Made by a program: the position numbers and the translations under genes. Positions 1 through 12,998 of a stretch of 64,000 bases of DNA are shown in pieces. The DNA comes from the human T2T-CHM13v2.0 reference genome, Homo sapiens. Every line of letters starts with the position of its first letter. Within the stretch, counting starts at the first letter, position 1. The stretch lies in assembly GCF_009914755.1 (NCBI RefSeq), contig NC_060931.1. One strand, 5' to 3'. Under the pieces are notes generated by a model. That model saw nothing but the letters and a program-made list of their open reading frames with translations, searched no databases and had not been told where the DNA came from.

Positions 1-826
<826 letters not shown>

Positions 827-834
827 TCATGAAT

Positions 835-1000
835 AATTTTATATTGAAAAATGTTGTAATAATAACATTTTGGCTATATCATGTAAATAAAATATATTTT
901 GAAATTAATGTACCCTTTTTCTTTTCACTTTTTAAAAAAATGTGACTACTAGAAAATATTCAATTACATATATAGTTTCCCTTATATTTCTATAAGATGG
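835..1000. mobile_element. hAT-Charlie MITE fragment (MER33/MER3-like)
   Basis: Resembles recalled consensus 'aatgtggctactagaaaatttaaaattacatatgtggc'; subfamily from memory. Confidence 0.55.
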
Positions 1001-1569
1001 CATAGACTTCCATGTTGCCTACTACCTCTTTTTAGCTAGAGTCTATATTTTTTCTGCTGTTATTACATTGTGTTATTTTTTAACACATGTATCAGATGTT
1101 TGGCACATATAAATCTCATGGTCAGCTAAGACCTTCAAATTATTCTCATAGACATGATTATCAGGTCATATTGTTCCATCCTGCATTTGGCCTCTCTGAA
1201 ACTAACTGCTAGACTTTGTATACTAATTAAATTTGTGTATTCTCTGCCCTTAAGAGTAGTTGGGTTGAAGACTCTACATATTTTTTCCTCTCAAATATTA
1301 TTTTAATGAATATTATTTTAATGATCTGGAAGTCCTGAATTTTAGTTCTATTTCTACTGCTATTATTCAAATTCGGAGAGACACTGTTTAATCTGTGTTT
1401 TTTAAAAAATTGTAAAACATTAGATTGCCCTTTAATAACATCTAACTTCAAAATTCCATTTTTCTGATAAATGAATTCTTATTTCTGTGATGTTTGATAG
1501 ATTATTTCCTTAAGAATAAGGGGCCTGAAATGAAAGAAAGATCGCAACTTTCCTTAGGGGATAACTATT

Positions 1570-1757
1570 ATCAGCGGTTTCCTGGTTGGTAAACCAGCTT
1601 GTGGGGGTGGGAGATGATTTGTAACATTTGCTAATTTCTGTAGTGTAGCTTCTCCCACCATCTTAACCAATTTCAAGCATCAGCTGGCTTGCAAAATTCT
1701 AGGAAATTTAAAAATCAACTCTCTCAAATCAATAAGAACTAGCTTTAGTACACCCAT
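1570..1757. mobile_element. DNA transposon fragment (MER63-like)
   Basis: Motifs 'tgatttgtaacatttgctaatttctgtagtgta' and 'ggcttgcaaaattctaggaaatttaaaaatc' resemble recalled MER63 consensus. Confidence 0.5.
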
Positions 1758-2634
1758 TTATTTTGAGCTGTATATTTTTTCCTTGATTCTGCCTGCCCAG
1801 TAGCAAAAGTCTTGTTCATCCTTCATGATGCCAATTGAACATGTTTCTTTTTTCTCTTCCTACTGCAGCCATCATAATTGAGAAATGCATAGCTTCCCTC
1901 TGCTACAACTATCTCCTTGATTATTGCATGTAATCTTCAAAATCTTTCCTTACATACCTAACTGGCCTCACGTCTCTGTTTGCTCAGCACCAGCTATGGT
2001 TGTCCTTGCACTCCTCCATGAATGTGGCTTTGTTCAATGTGTCCCTGTACCCCTATTTCCTGTCTCATAATAAATCCTTCCCATGCTTACCAGGAGTTCC
2101 GAAGTTACATGTCCTTCCTAAGTTCTCTCTTGACCCTCTTCCTCCCATGTAATTTTTCCTTTCTCTTCACATCCATGAAAAATATCCACTATGATTTTCA
2201 TTTGGGCCTTCATCATGTGCCACCTCATAATTTATGTCATATTATTTTAACCCTTGTATTGATACTTAAACAATTCATGATTTGGTTAACTTCCTATGTT
2301 TCTTGCACACTGTCCTCAGTCTAGGGACTGTTTGCCACACTTCTTTGTTCACTCTAAATTAACTTGTGCAGTACTATGTACAGGGGCACCTTGCGCTTCC
2401 AACTTTACCTATGTTATCTAGCCTTGTCGCTTTGGACTACTCACTTCATTTTCCAGAGCCTCAGTTTCCTTATCTCTAAGATAGCAATAATGATATTTTC
2501 TTTTCAAAATGATTATAAGAATACTTATGATATAGGGAAAATAACTTTCATAATGCTGGTACAATAAACTTATTTGTGGCATTACCCAATTTATTATAGC
2601 AGGTACTCAGGAAGTATGTCTTCATGAAGTGTGT

Positions 2635-3280
<646 letters not shown>

Positions 3281-3407
3281 AAATACATAAATAGAAATAG
3301 CAAACTAATATAACAAAAGTAAATTTAGGTTTGTTAATATTTTAATATGGACCATAGTCTATCAACAATATGTTATGTATTCTTTTCTCTTTATAAATTC
3401 TTTATAG

Positions 3408-3578
3408 AACATCCTGCAAATCCAGACCATACACAATAAGTATTTGAGTGACTCGAATCCACTAAAAGTTGGGTATATTAGAATCTGGGGTGTGAATACC
3501 TATGTGACACAAGTCAGTTTCACCTATGACAACCGGCAATTTATGGAGACAAATTTCAAGAGTGAACCTTATAATCAG
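3408..3578 (+). CDS. MGAM2: Maltase-glucoamylase 2, penultimate coding exon (C-terminal beta-sandwich of GH31 unit)
   Basis: Acceptor tttatag|3408, donor CAG|gtaggt after 3578, 171 nt, phase 0/0, open: NILQIQTIHNKYLSDSNPLKVGYIRIWGVNTYVTQVSFTYDNRQFMETNFKSEPYNQ. Matches the recalled C-terminal region of MGAM (..NPLKLGYIEIWG..). Confidence 0.9.
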
Positions 3579-4916
3579 GTAGGTCTGAAAGGAATATTAG
3601 CATATCACAAGTAAATTTTATCATTCTGCAAAATTATCACCAATAATTTTGCTAACAATTAAAATTATCATTGTTAAATTTTCATGTATTAGATGGTTAT
3701 AAATACGTGCAATAGATATGTTCCTGAAAAGTTGCAAATGTTGAATCATATTGTAAAATATGCAACATTAATGGTCTTTCCAGTATGGCCTAGGGGTCAG
3801 TGATCACTGGCCTGATGAGATCCTCTCCATGTATTTACCAAAGAGACTGTGCTATGTTTTGATAGGTTAGTCTTCCACATTAGCAAAATAAAACTTATTT
3901 CTGCTGCAGAGGCTAAAACAAAGGAAAGGGTGATTCCCTAAAGCTGTTGAAGGTTGCCCCCATGCTTCCTGCAGTTATTCATGTCCCTGGTCAAATTGAT
4001 GGATCTTATAGGTAGACGAAAATTGGCAGTAAACTGTGGTAATCTTCGAATGAATACATCCCACCTGTGGTATAGGATAAAAGGTTGATAAAACAGGGGG
4101 ACATAAATAGCAGGCCCTACTAGAGGATTCTAGAATCAACTAAACCAGAATTTTGGAAGATGAAATACCAATAGTTACCAAAGGCAACCACAAAGAAAAA
4201 AGTATCTCACTTTTAGAACATAAGACAACATAAATACGGAACCAGCAACCCAAAAGGGATGGTTTAGAAAAGTGAAAATGGATAACCATAGTTCTTGTTT
4301 TCTAAAACGTGAAATGAGTGCCCTGATGGTATTTGGACTTTGGAAAATGGCCCCTCTGAGCACTCAAATAGATCTTCTCCCTCTAGGCTCTTCTGGGTAT
4401 TTACCTTAAAGCATTTTACCTGGACTATTGAGTTCAAAACCACTCTTTGCAAGTAATTGCTTCTAGTTAAGATTGTGCAGAAAATCCTTGAATACCTTCT
4501 TTTTAAAAACTCTATGGCATATCTGATGCCTATTATGTGCCAGACACCATACTGTTTGAAATGAGGAAAACATGAAACCAACCTGCTGTCAAGAGGACTA
4601 AAACCCAATGGCAAAGCAAAGAGATTTTAATAAATGTTGGTTTTAATCACAGCTACAAATATTTGTAAACAATAAGGTTCTGACTAAATGAAGTGAAAAG
4701 AAAAGATTTCCAGCATAGGGATTATGCACACAGAGCATCTCTCTGTATTTATCTGACCAAAATCAACATGACCTAACCCAAAAAGGAATGTTTATATCCT
4801 ATTACTGGAAAGGAATGAATCCATCATTTTTTGTTAAATTGTAATTTAAGAGGTGAGCTACATGTGAGGTTTAAGAAGTTCTAAAATACCCATTTATATC
4901 TCTTCTTTTCTGGCAG

Positions 4917-7106
4917 ATACTAACTATTCAATTGACTGACAAGACTATCAACCTGGAAAAGTTAACTGAGGTTACTTGGATTGATGGTGGTCCTGTACTT
5001 CCTACTCCAACTAAGACAAGTACCATCCCAATGAGTTCTCATCCTTCTCCATCTACTACCAATGCCACCAGTTCTGAGACAATCACCAGTTCTGCCAGTG
5101 CAAATACTACCACTGGCACTACTGATACTGTTCCTATCACAACCACATCTTTCCCAAGTACTACTAGTGTTACAACTAATACTACTGTTCCTGATACAAC
5201 TTCTCCTTTCCCTACAAGTACTACTAATGCTAGCACTAATGCTACTGTTCCTATCACAACCACACCTTTCCCAACAAGTACTATTGGTGTTACAACTAAT
5301 GCTACTGTTCCCAATACAACTGCCCCTTTCCCAACAAATGCTAGTACTGCTAGCACTAATGCTACTGTTCCTATCACAACCACATGTTTTGCAACAAGTA
5401 CTATTGGTGTTACAACTAATGCTACTGTTCCCGATACAACTGCCCCTTTCCCAACAAATACTACTACTGCTAGCACTAATGCTACTATTCCTATCACAAC
5501 CACACCTTTTGCAACAAGTACTATTAGTGTTACAACTAGTACTACTGTTCCTGATACAACTGCTCCTTTCCCTACAAGTACTACTAGTGCTAGCACTAAT
5601 GCTACCCCTGTTCCTATCACAACCACACTTTTTGCAACAAGTACTATTGGTGTTACAACTGGTACTACTGTTCCTGATACAACTGCTCCTTTCCCTACAA
5701 GTACTACTAGTACTAGCACTAGTGCTACTGTTCCTATTACAACCACACCTTCCCCTACAAATACTGCTGATGCTAACACTAGTAATACTGTTCCTAATAC
5801 CACTATGCCTTCTCCTACAAGTAGTACTACTGTGAGTACTATTGCTACCGTTCCCATTTCAGTGACTCCTTCTCTGACAAGTACTGCTGATGCCACCATT
5901 AGTACTACTGTACTTATTGCCACTACTTCTTCTCTAACAGGTACTACTGATGTTAGCACTAGTACTACTATTAATAATATAAGTACTCCTGTTCAAACAA
6001 ATACTACTAATGCTAGCACTAGTACTAATGTTGCTAATATAACTGCTACCTCTCATACAAGTACTGATGATACTGTTCCTAATAATACTGTTCCAGTTAC
6101 AGCTATTCCTTCTCTTGCAAATACTGGTGTTGACACTACTAGCAACAGTTTTTCCATTATGACCACTTCTTTCTCTGAAAGTACTAATGCTATGAACACT
6201 ACTGTTATTATGGCAACTACTTCTCCTACAAGTACTGATGTTGCTAGCACAAATAATGATGCTTCTATGACAAATTTTCTTTTAGCTACAATGTCTGCTG
6301 GTAATATAACTAGTAATAGTATTTCCATAACAACTACTTCTTTTGGTAATAGTGTTCCTTTTGTGACTACTCCTTCTCCAAGTACTGATGCTACTACTAC
6401 AAGTAATAATACTAATCCTGGCATGACTACTTATTACCAGACTTCTCCTACCATTCCTACCCATACTCTTACTTCTATTCCTAGCTCTATTACTTCTATT
6501 TTGAGCATGTTTCCAACAAGTAATACATTCACTACTGATAAAATTACTAATTTTACTACCCCTACAAATGCAAACACCATTATTTTCAACACTCTTGATA
6601 CAAAAAGTACCATGGTAATAGATGCTACGGTCACTACTACCAGCACCAAAGATAATACCATGAGTCCAGATACAACAGTTACTTCCATAGACAAATTCAC
6701 CACACACATCACACAGTTCGCTACTCCCCATTCTGCTACTACTACAACACTGGCCTTAAGCCACACCTCATTAGCTCCTACAAATCTTTCTAATCTAGGC
6801 ACCATGGATATTACTGATGCAGATAACTCCAGCAGTGTTACAGGTAACACGACACACATTTCTGTTTCAAATCTCACAACAGCCTCAGTCACAATAACAG
6901 CCACTGGTCTAGATTCACAAACTCCCCATATGGTAATAAATTCTGTGGCTACTTATTTACCTATTACTGCAACTAGTGCTACCACAGATACTACAAATAT
7001 TACAAAATATGCTTTAAATACTACCACTCCTGATAGTACAGTACATACCTCTGCTACTGCACCTACTTATATTGCAAATGCCATAAATGCTACTCAAGTT
7101 CCATGA
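4917..7106 (+). CDS. MGAM2: Maltase-glucoamylase 2, terminal exon: end of GH31 fold plus ~700-aa PTS mucin-like tail
   Basis: Acceptor tcttcttttctggcag|4917, in frame with the upstream exon and with ORF 4932..7106. Begins ILTIQLTDKTINLEKLTEVTWI (like recalled MGAM C-terminus VLSIDVTDRNISLHNFTSLTWI), then Thr/Ser/Pro-rich; TGA at 7104-7106. Confidence 0.92.
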   Translation: MLTIQLTDKTINLEKLTEVTWIDGGPVLPTPTKTSTIPMSSHPSPSTTNATSSETITSSASANTTTGTTDTVPITTTSFPSTTSVTTNTTVPDTTSPFPTSTTNASTNATVPITTTPFPTSTIGVTTNATVPNTTAPFPTNASTASTNATVPITTTCFATSTIGVTTNATVPDTTAPFPTNTTTASTNATIPITTTPFATSTISVTTSTTVPDTTAPFPTSTTSASTNATPVPITTTLFATSTIGVTTGTTVPDTTAPFPTSTTSTSTSATVPITTTPSPTNTADANTSNTVPNTTMPSPTSSTTVSTIATVPISVTPSLTSTADATISTTVLIATTSSLTGTTDVSTSTTINNISTPVQTNTTNASTSTNVANITATSHTSTDDTVPNNTVPVTAIPSLANTGVDTTSNSFSIMTTSFSESTNAMNTTVIMATTSPTSTDVASTNNDASMTNFLLATMSAGNITSNSISITTTSFGNSVPFVTTPSPSTDATTTSNNTNPGMTTYYQTSPTIPTHTLTSIPSSITSILSMFPTSNTFTTDKITNFTTPTNANTIIFNTLDTKSTMVIDATVTTTSTKDNTMSPDTTVTSIDKFTTHITQFATPHSATTTTLALSHTSLAPTNLSNLGTMDITDADNSSSVTGNTTHISVSNLTTASVTITATGLDSQTPHMVINSVATYLPITATSATTDTTNITKYALNTTTPDSTVHTSATAPTYIANAINATQVP
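5101..6240 (+). repeat. Coding minisatellite: 60-bp (20-aa) unit, alternating A/B types forming a 120-bp higher-order repeat, decaying 3'
   Basis: Successive 60-nt lines align in register. A unit ..TVPITTTxF.., B unit ..TVP(D/N)TTAPF..; one 3-nt insertion near 5606; degenerate 60-nt phase persists to about 6240. Confidence 0.95.
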
Positions 7107-7876
7107 TTACTACTCAAGGCAGGATAGTTACCTCAGATAACGCCTACAAACAACTATTACAGATATAGAAAATCAGTTACGAGACACTCTATCTATCTTA
7201 TGCTACTTAAGTTTTCACGGATATTAGTACTCTAGCCATAAAAGACACAGCTACTCCAAACACTCTCGTCATTGCAGACATGTTTAGGAAGGTTTACAAA
7301 CCTTATAGGTTTCACCAAAGAAGCTGTGGGTACTTATTTTGCAACCATAGTATGTGCTCTTATTCTTTTAAATTATAGTTATTACTCCTATAACCTCATC
7401 AGTTAAACTACAGATGTTTTATATATCCTATATATCCTTGCTACAGATTTCACAGGTAATTTTGGTATCTCAGATAACACCACATTAGGCTCTGTAAATA
7501 CTATTGCCTTAGATTTAGTTACTGAAATAGCCCAACTTGTTTCTTGGGTCACATGACGTACCATAACTGAGAGTACTGGTGATACCCCCAGCACTCAAAT
7601 GGTTTCTATACCAACAGTTATTGATATTACAGGAGAGTATGTAATTAGTAATGCTAAAAAAATGCACTTTATTATCCTATGGACTTTTCCAAATGCCATA
7701 GCTACCAATAGAGTCATTTGCATTACACATACTAATAGTATTATTTCTTCTGAGGAGATCCTAGCTGTAGCTACAGATATAGAAAATTCTACCATTGAAG
7801 ATCTTGTATAACCTTACTTCAGCCACTGAAATAATTTAAATTATAAATATTACATGTGGGTTTGACTATCACAGAA

Positions 7877-7882
7877 AATAAA
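7877..7882 (+). terminator. Candidate MGAM2 polyadenylation signal AATAAA
   Basis: First AATAAA I noticed downstream of the stop codon; further candidates near 8759 and 8841. Confidence 0.45.
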
Positions 7883-8397
7883 ATGATTATAGATCCTAAA
7901 AACATAAATTCCTGAACTTTGCAACCATTAATTCATAGGTACTACTAATACTCTTACTACAGATTTTATAAGTACTTCCACTTATAGACAGAAGAGCATT
8001 CTCAGAAAATTAGAATTAATCTAAATTATGAGATAGTCTTAAAGCCTCACTGTTACCACCAATGACTGGCTCTGACTCTAGTATAAATCAGAAATTATCC
8101 AGACAGAGGTGAGAATGTAAATATACAGCATGAGGAAGACAGCCTCCACATTGGAATCAGAGTTCATAATCTTATTTGCATTTTCTTCTATTAATACAAG
8201 CTTTTCCCTTATAATTTCACTGTTCAGACTCCCCTTCATTGTGTTAGGGTTTTCAGTCTATTCCTGGTTTTTCATATCCAAATTCATCATCCATCCTTGA
8301 TCCATTGTTTTCTTAGATCACTCAAACCCCCATGAGTAGACCCATGGTCATTACCAAATCTGGTCATTTGGGTACTATTGTAGGTTTAACCCTAGGG

Positions 8398-8911
8398 CAA
8401 TATTCTCGAAGTTTAGTTCAGGGATCCATGGGGTTCCCCAAGACTTTCTGGAGCACACAGCTTCTTCAAATCTACTTTCATAATGATGCTAAGTTATTTG
8501 TTTTTTCAGTCTCATTGTCTCATTAGTATATAGTGGCACTGTCCAGATGCTCTATGCTGTATTGTGTCATAAAAGATGAATATAGAAAAAGAAAAAAGAA
8601 TCTAGCTGTATTCTATTAAGCTAGACATTAAACAGATTTACAAAATGTAAAATAATGTCATTCTTCTAATTTTTTTTTGCTTTGGGAAATACAGTTATTT
8701 TTCATTAAAAACATATTTATGTTATCACAAAGTGAATATGTTATTTTTTATGAATGAAAAATAAATATTTAAAAAATATTTTACAAATGACTCAATTTTG
8801 ATTTCTAATGCAGTAAATATTAGCAGATATAACCCACATAAATAAAGCACAGTGCCCTCACCAATTTTGAATGTAAAGGGGTTCTGAGACTAAAGAGTTT
8901 GAGAACAACTT
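8398..8911. mobile_element. hAT-Charlie MITE (Charlie4a/MER119-like)
   Basis: Degenerate terminal inverted repeats (caatattctcgaagttt ... gagtttgagaacaact) and internal match to recalled consensus 'ttctattaagccagacattaaagagatttgcaaaaatgtaaaacaatg'. Confidence 0.65.
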
Positions 8912-11900
8912 CCTTTAAGTGGGCAGAAACATCGTATTTCCACTCTCATGTCCTGGTCAAGTATATTATCAACTTCCCCAGCATGTAGGTACTCCAGCAT
9001 CTGTGGCTTACTCAACATGAATATCTTTCCACTGTCTACAAACACATCTACCCAGCTTTTTGATCTGTCAGCCCAGCTGTACTATTGTCCAGACAATTTG
9101 ATGGTACTCCAGATGAGGGGCACAGATTCATCAGTCAGCAACATTTGCTTTTGGAATCTGCCCACAAGCTACAGTCCTCTGAACAAAGTTGATAGACCTT
9201 ATTCTTGTGTATACATGACTCTTGACCTTCCAACTCAAAACAAAACTCAAAATTCTATGGGCTTGGTCAGACTCCCTCGCTTGTATCTTTACTGAGGGAG
9301 ACTTAGTGCATTTGTCTTCTTGGCATCACAAACTCTGATACAGGACAAAGTGCTCTGTGTGATAGGGCACCATGAGATTCTGCTGCCAGGCCACCATACA
9401 TTGCTCATTCACTGACCAACAACTTCATTAAAGCAGCTGGGATTTGGAAAACTGAAGATGAATCTGCTTGAACAAGCATAGTTCTGAAGCCACCAAAGTC
9501 CAACCTCTTAAGTACGTAAATGGAACATAATTGAAAGCATGGAATTTTGAAAAGGTAAGAAATACTTTGAATATACAAAAGTCTTGACTTTGGTCAGATG
9601 TTTGAAAAGACTTGAGAATTGAAACTCAGGAGTCAATGCACAAGTAGTGGTCCTGGAACCAGGTTCAGAAAACATGAGGGCAATGTTGACATGCTAATTC
9701 TACCATTGACAACACTAGCAAAACCTGTGCATGGACTCTGATTTATAAGGTCTAGAGAAACTTCTAAGCTCCATAATGACTGGCCCCGCTGGGTCACCCA
9801 CATGTGTGATATTAATTCTGCACTAATGATTATAACTTATGTTCTAAGTATAAAGAAATTTACTTTTCTACACTTCTGGTACTTGACACATTCCTACCTT
9901 TACCATTACTGTGGACATCATTATTTTTACACCTAAAATTTCTAGTTATTAATTTAAACTTCAGTTTCTAGTATTCCAAGCATCGCTATGTAAACACTAT
10001 TCATGTTGACTATTTAAGAGATGTCACACATACTGCATGATTAATTTTCCAGTGAGGAATATAGATGACAGATGTTTTGGATTAACAGGAAACTCACTGG
10101 GAGTCTAAAGGTATTTAGGAATACTTCAAGGAGTAAGGGAAGCTGGGAGGTACCCTGTAGCACAAAAAAGAGTCAAGAAAAGCCTTTCAGGTGGGGAATG
10201 CACTGGACAAAGAGACTGACTTTACATGGTGTGATTAGGAGATATAAAATAGTCCACTCTTTTCTACAGCAGGAGCATTGTGAGAAGAGACAAGATTTAA
10301 AGTTTATCAAGTTCCATCACCAAACTTCCGTGTATATGAGATTAGACATTCAAATGAGGGTTGAAAGAGCATTCATACCAGTAAAGGAACTTACAGGGCT
10401 AGAGAATGCTTTGGTTTCCACATCCCTTTCCCCATGGGAGAGTGGAGTGGTGCTCTGTGTGAAGGGCACTGCAGAAGAAGTGCTCGATGGAGATTAAGAG
10501 TGCCTGTGAGGAGCTGGGACTGGCATCTCACTCCCAGCTGGGCACTCGCTGAACTGAGAAACTCTTGCCTCTCTTCCCCATCAGATGATACAGTGGAGCA
10601 TGGAGCATGGGCAAGGTTTCAGAAACCTCATCATGCATCTCCCAGAGTGTGGAAGCCAATGAAATCACAAAGAATGGCGCTAGAGTCTTGCCCAGAGAAT
10701 TCCAAAAGTGGCAGAGATTGGAGACCCTGCAGTAGTGGATGCAGAGCCAGGGAAGTAGTGGTGCATCCTGGACTCAACAGTGTTCAATGGACAAGGAAGC
10801 TGAAGCTCCTCAGGTGGGTGTGGGGAGATGGCTGGGCTAGGGCTGTCATGAAGCAATCTGTCCAGTGGAGAAGGGACTCTAGTGATGAGAGGTCGTGGAT
10901 GGACTTCCAAGAGTGGAAACTAAGTTTGTAGTGGGGAGAGGTCAAAATAGGTCATGCAGATTGCATCTCACCTCATGTTAGATGCTGCACAAGGGGCCTC
11001 TGAAAAACTCACTAATGTGCCCATGGGAAGAAATCAGCACTGGGGTCCTCTCACACTGAGGGTACCTGCGGATGCCTTGCCATAGCATCCATCACATGGG
11101 AACCTTTGTCTTTTCCTTTAATTTCCATCTGGCTGTGAAGGATACCCAGAAACAGTCAAGGAAGAGGAGAAGGAGAATATGGAAGTGTAAAAGCATAGAC
11201 CGTAATCCCCTTCCTCACTGCTGGAGGTGGTCTCTGCGGAAGGAGAAAACTTGACATGGATGTGAAAATGACATACCGATTTAGATGATACAAATTCTTG
11301 AAAACTTCCAAATGACCAGAAAGTGATGAGGTCTGTTGACGGGATAAGAAAAGAATTTCAACTCAGCATTGAGGAAGAGGGGCTAAGATTAAGAAAAAAT
11401 GAAAAGCTTGAGAATGCTGAAAAGACACACACTGCCTCATTTCACATTGCTCTTACCTGTTAGAATGATGGGTGAACATTCATCCTTAACTTTGTAATGC
11501 TTTATAAATCTCTTATTCCAAGGAAAAGTGGAGAATGGCTTGGAGTACAAAAGTTAGATCTGGGCCCCAAAGGACGTTTGAGGTTTTCTCACCTTAGCCA
11601 ATCTCTGGTGGCTTCAGAGAAGGTGGCTTTGGAAATTTTTTACTATGTAATTGAGAAAAGTTTGGCTCAAGAGAAGAAGTAAAGGGGTCTGTACAACCTA
11701 TGGGTCTTGTTACTTAAAAACAACTTCTTATATTTGCACAATAATCCATAGTTTGCAAAGGGCCTCACATAAATGTTTTATTTTGTTCCACTCCTGCTGT
11801 GAGGCAGAGAGGGAAGAAATCTTTACACTTTTTTTCTCAGAGGCAGAAAGGAAGACTTAGAAAGGTTAAATGACTTCTTCAAGAACACAGAGTCTTAAAA

Positions 11901-12476
11901 CATAGTAGAGCTTGGCCTTCTGATTCACTTCCTATTACCCGTCTGCTTCAGGGTCCCATCTCCTGAGGAAAGTCCATCTTTGCCATGATGTGATGAACTA
12001 AAATAAAATAAACAAAAACCCACTTCTAGAACCAAATAAGTCTTGTAAAAGAGTCCTGATATTATTCCTATCTATTTACGTGACCTGGATCAACTTGCTT
12101 GAATTATCTGAGCCTTATTTAATTCCTTCATTGGTAAAATGGAAGGATTGAGAGAGTGCCTAGGAAAATATCTAGTGTAGCAAGAACCCATAATTTGGTA
12201 TTCTTTTTGGCATATCAAAACATCTTGTAACCTTGAATATATACAATTTTCATTTGTCAATTATACCTCAATAAAGCTGGAAGAAAAAAAAAGAGCTGAC
12301 TACTCTATTCCTTACTGCTAATACACCAAGATGATACGTCTGGCTTCCTAGGTCCTCTCTCCCAAATTCTTCCCTTTTTGATAATAATTTTAAAATGAAC
12401 AATAAATAGATAAGTTGTGGTGAGGTTGCCAATGTGTTAGAAACATTGAGTGGAACTTACGAAAAGGAACCCCTTA

Positions 12477-12998
12477 TGAAAGTTGTAAGATTCAAAATGG
12501 AGTCACTTGTGCCAAACCCTGGCAAAATAGAGTTGGGGAAGGTCCTGAAGAGAGGGCTCTCACACAATTTGTCTGATAACAGGAACTATCACAGGACATT
12601 TTTCCAAACTGCAGCTTTTTACATGAGTCACGCCAAGACAGCTAGCTGCCTACACAAGAATACTTGCCTGACACACTGTCTCACAAACCTAATCCCTGCA
12701 AGGGAGCTACAGTAACTTCCAGGTTACAAATCCCACCTAGCAACTATAGACTGTTGCCAATCACAACTCGCCAGCTCTTGTAAGACACTGCTAGTGCCAA
12801 TGAACTTTCTTTCAAAACGACTTGCATAACCTTCTCTTTCCCCAATAAAACTCTAATGTTTTTCTTTGTTCTCTGGATATAGCAGAGGCCACCCTGTTGT
12901 GCCTGTATCCCAAATTGCAGTTCTGTTTTCACATTTTAATTCCAAATAAAAGTTCTGTGCTTTGGGAACATCTCTACATTTTTTCTTGGAAGTTGACA
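12477..12998 (+). mobile_element. Solo ERV1 LTR (MER34/MER39-related family)
   Basis: TG...CA termini (tgaaagttgtaagattcaaaatggagtcac ... agttgaca), internal AATAAA; start matches recalled MER34-group consensus. Confidence 0.75.

Noticed and set aside
5101-5760. CRISPR-like array
   Set aside because: Contiguous tandem coding units with no unique spacers, in mammalian DNA.
5039-6904. Long hydrophobic ORFs 5039..5959(-), 5062..5835(+), 6053..6424(-), 6282..6731(-), 6434..6904(-)
   Set aside because: Shadow frames of the ACT/AGT-rich MGAM2 repeat; Val/Leu richness follows from the codon bias, and there is no independent splice or start evidence.
4932-7106. Stand-alone 724-aa mucin gene starting at TTG 4932
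   Set aside because: An in-frame splice acceptor at 4917 and MGAM-like N-terminal residues show it is a terminal exon.
8848-8875. CACAGTG heptamer as a V(D)J recombination signal or a stray TRBV gene
   Set aside because: No nonamer at 12 or 23 bp and it lies in a MITE. Other CACAGTG hits I saw are in L1/Alu, and no V-exon motif was recognised by eye.
8920-9450. 115-aa ORF 8948..9295 as an extra gene
   Set aside because: No recognisable domain or splice structure; probably intergenic or old repeat sequence.
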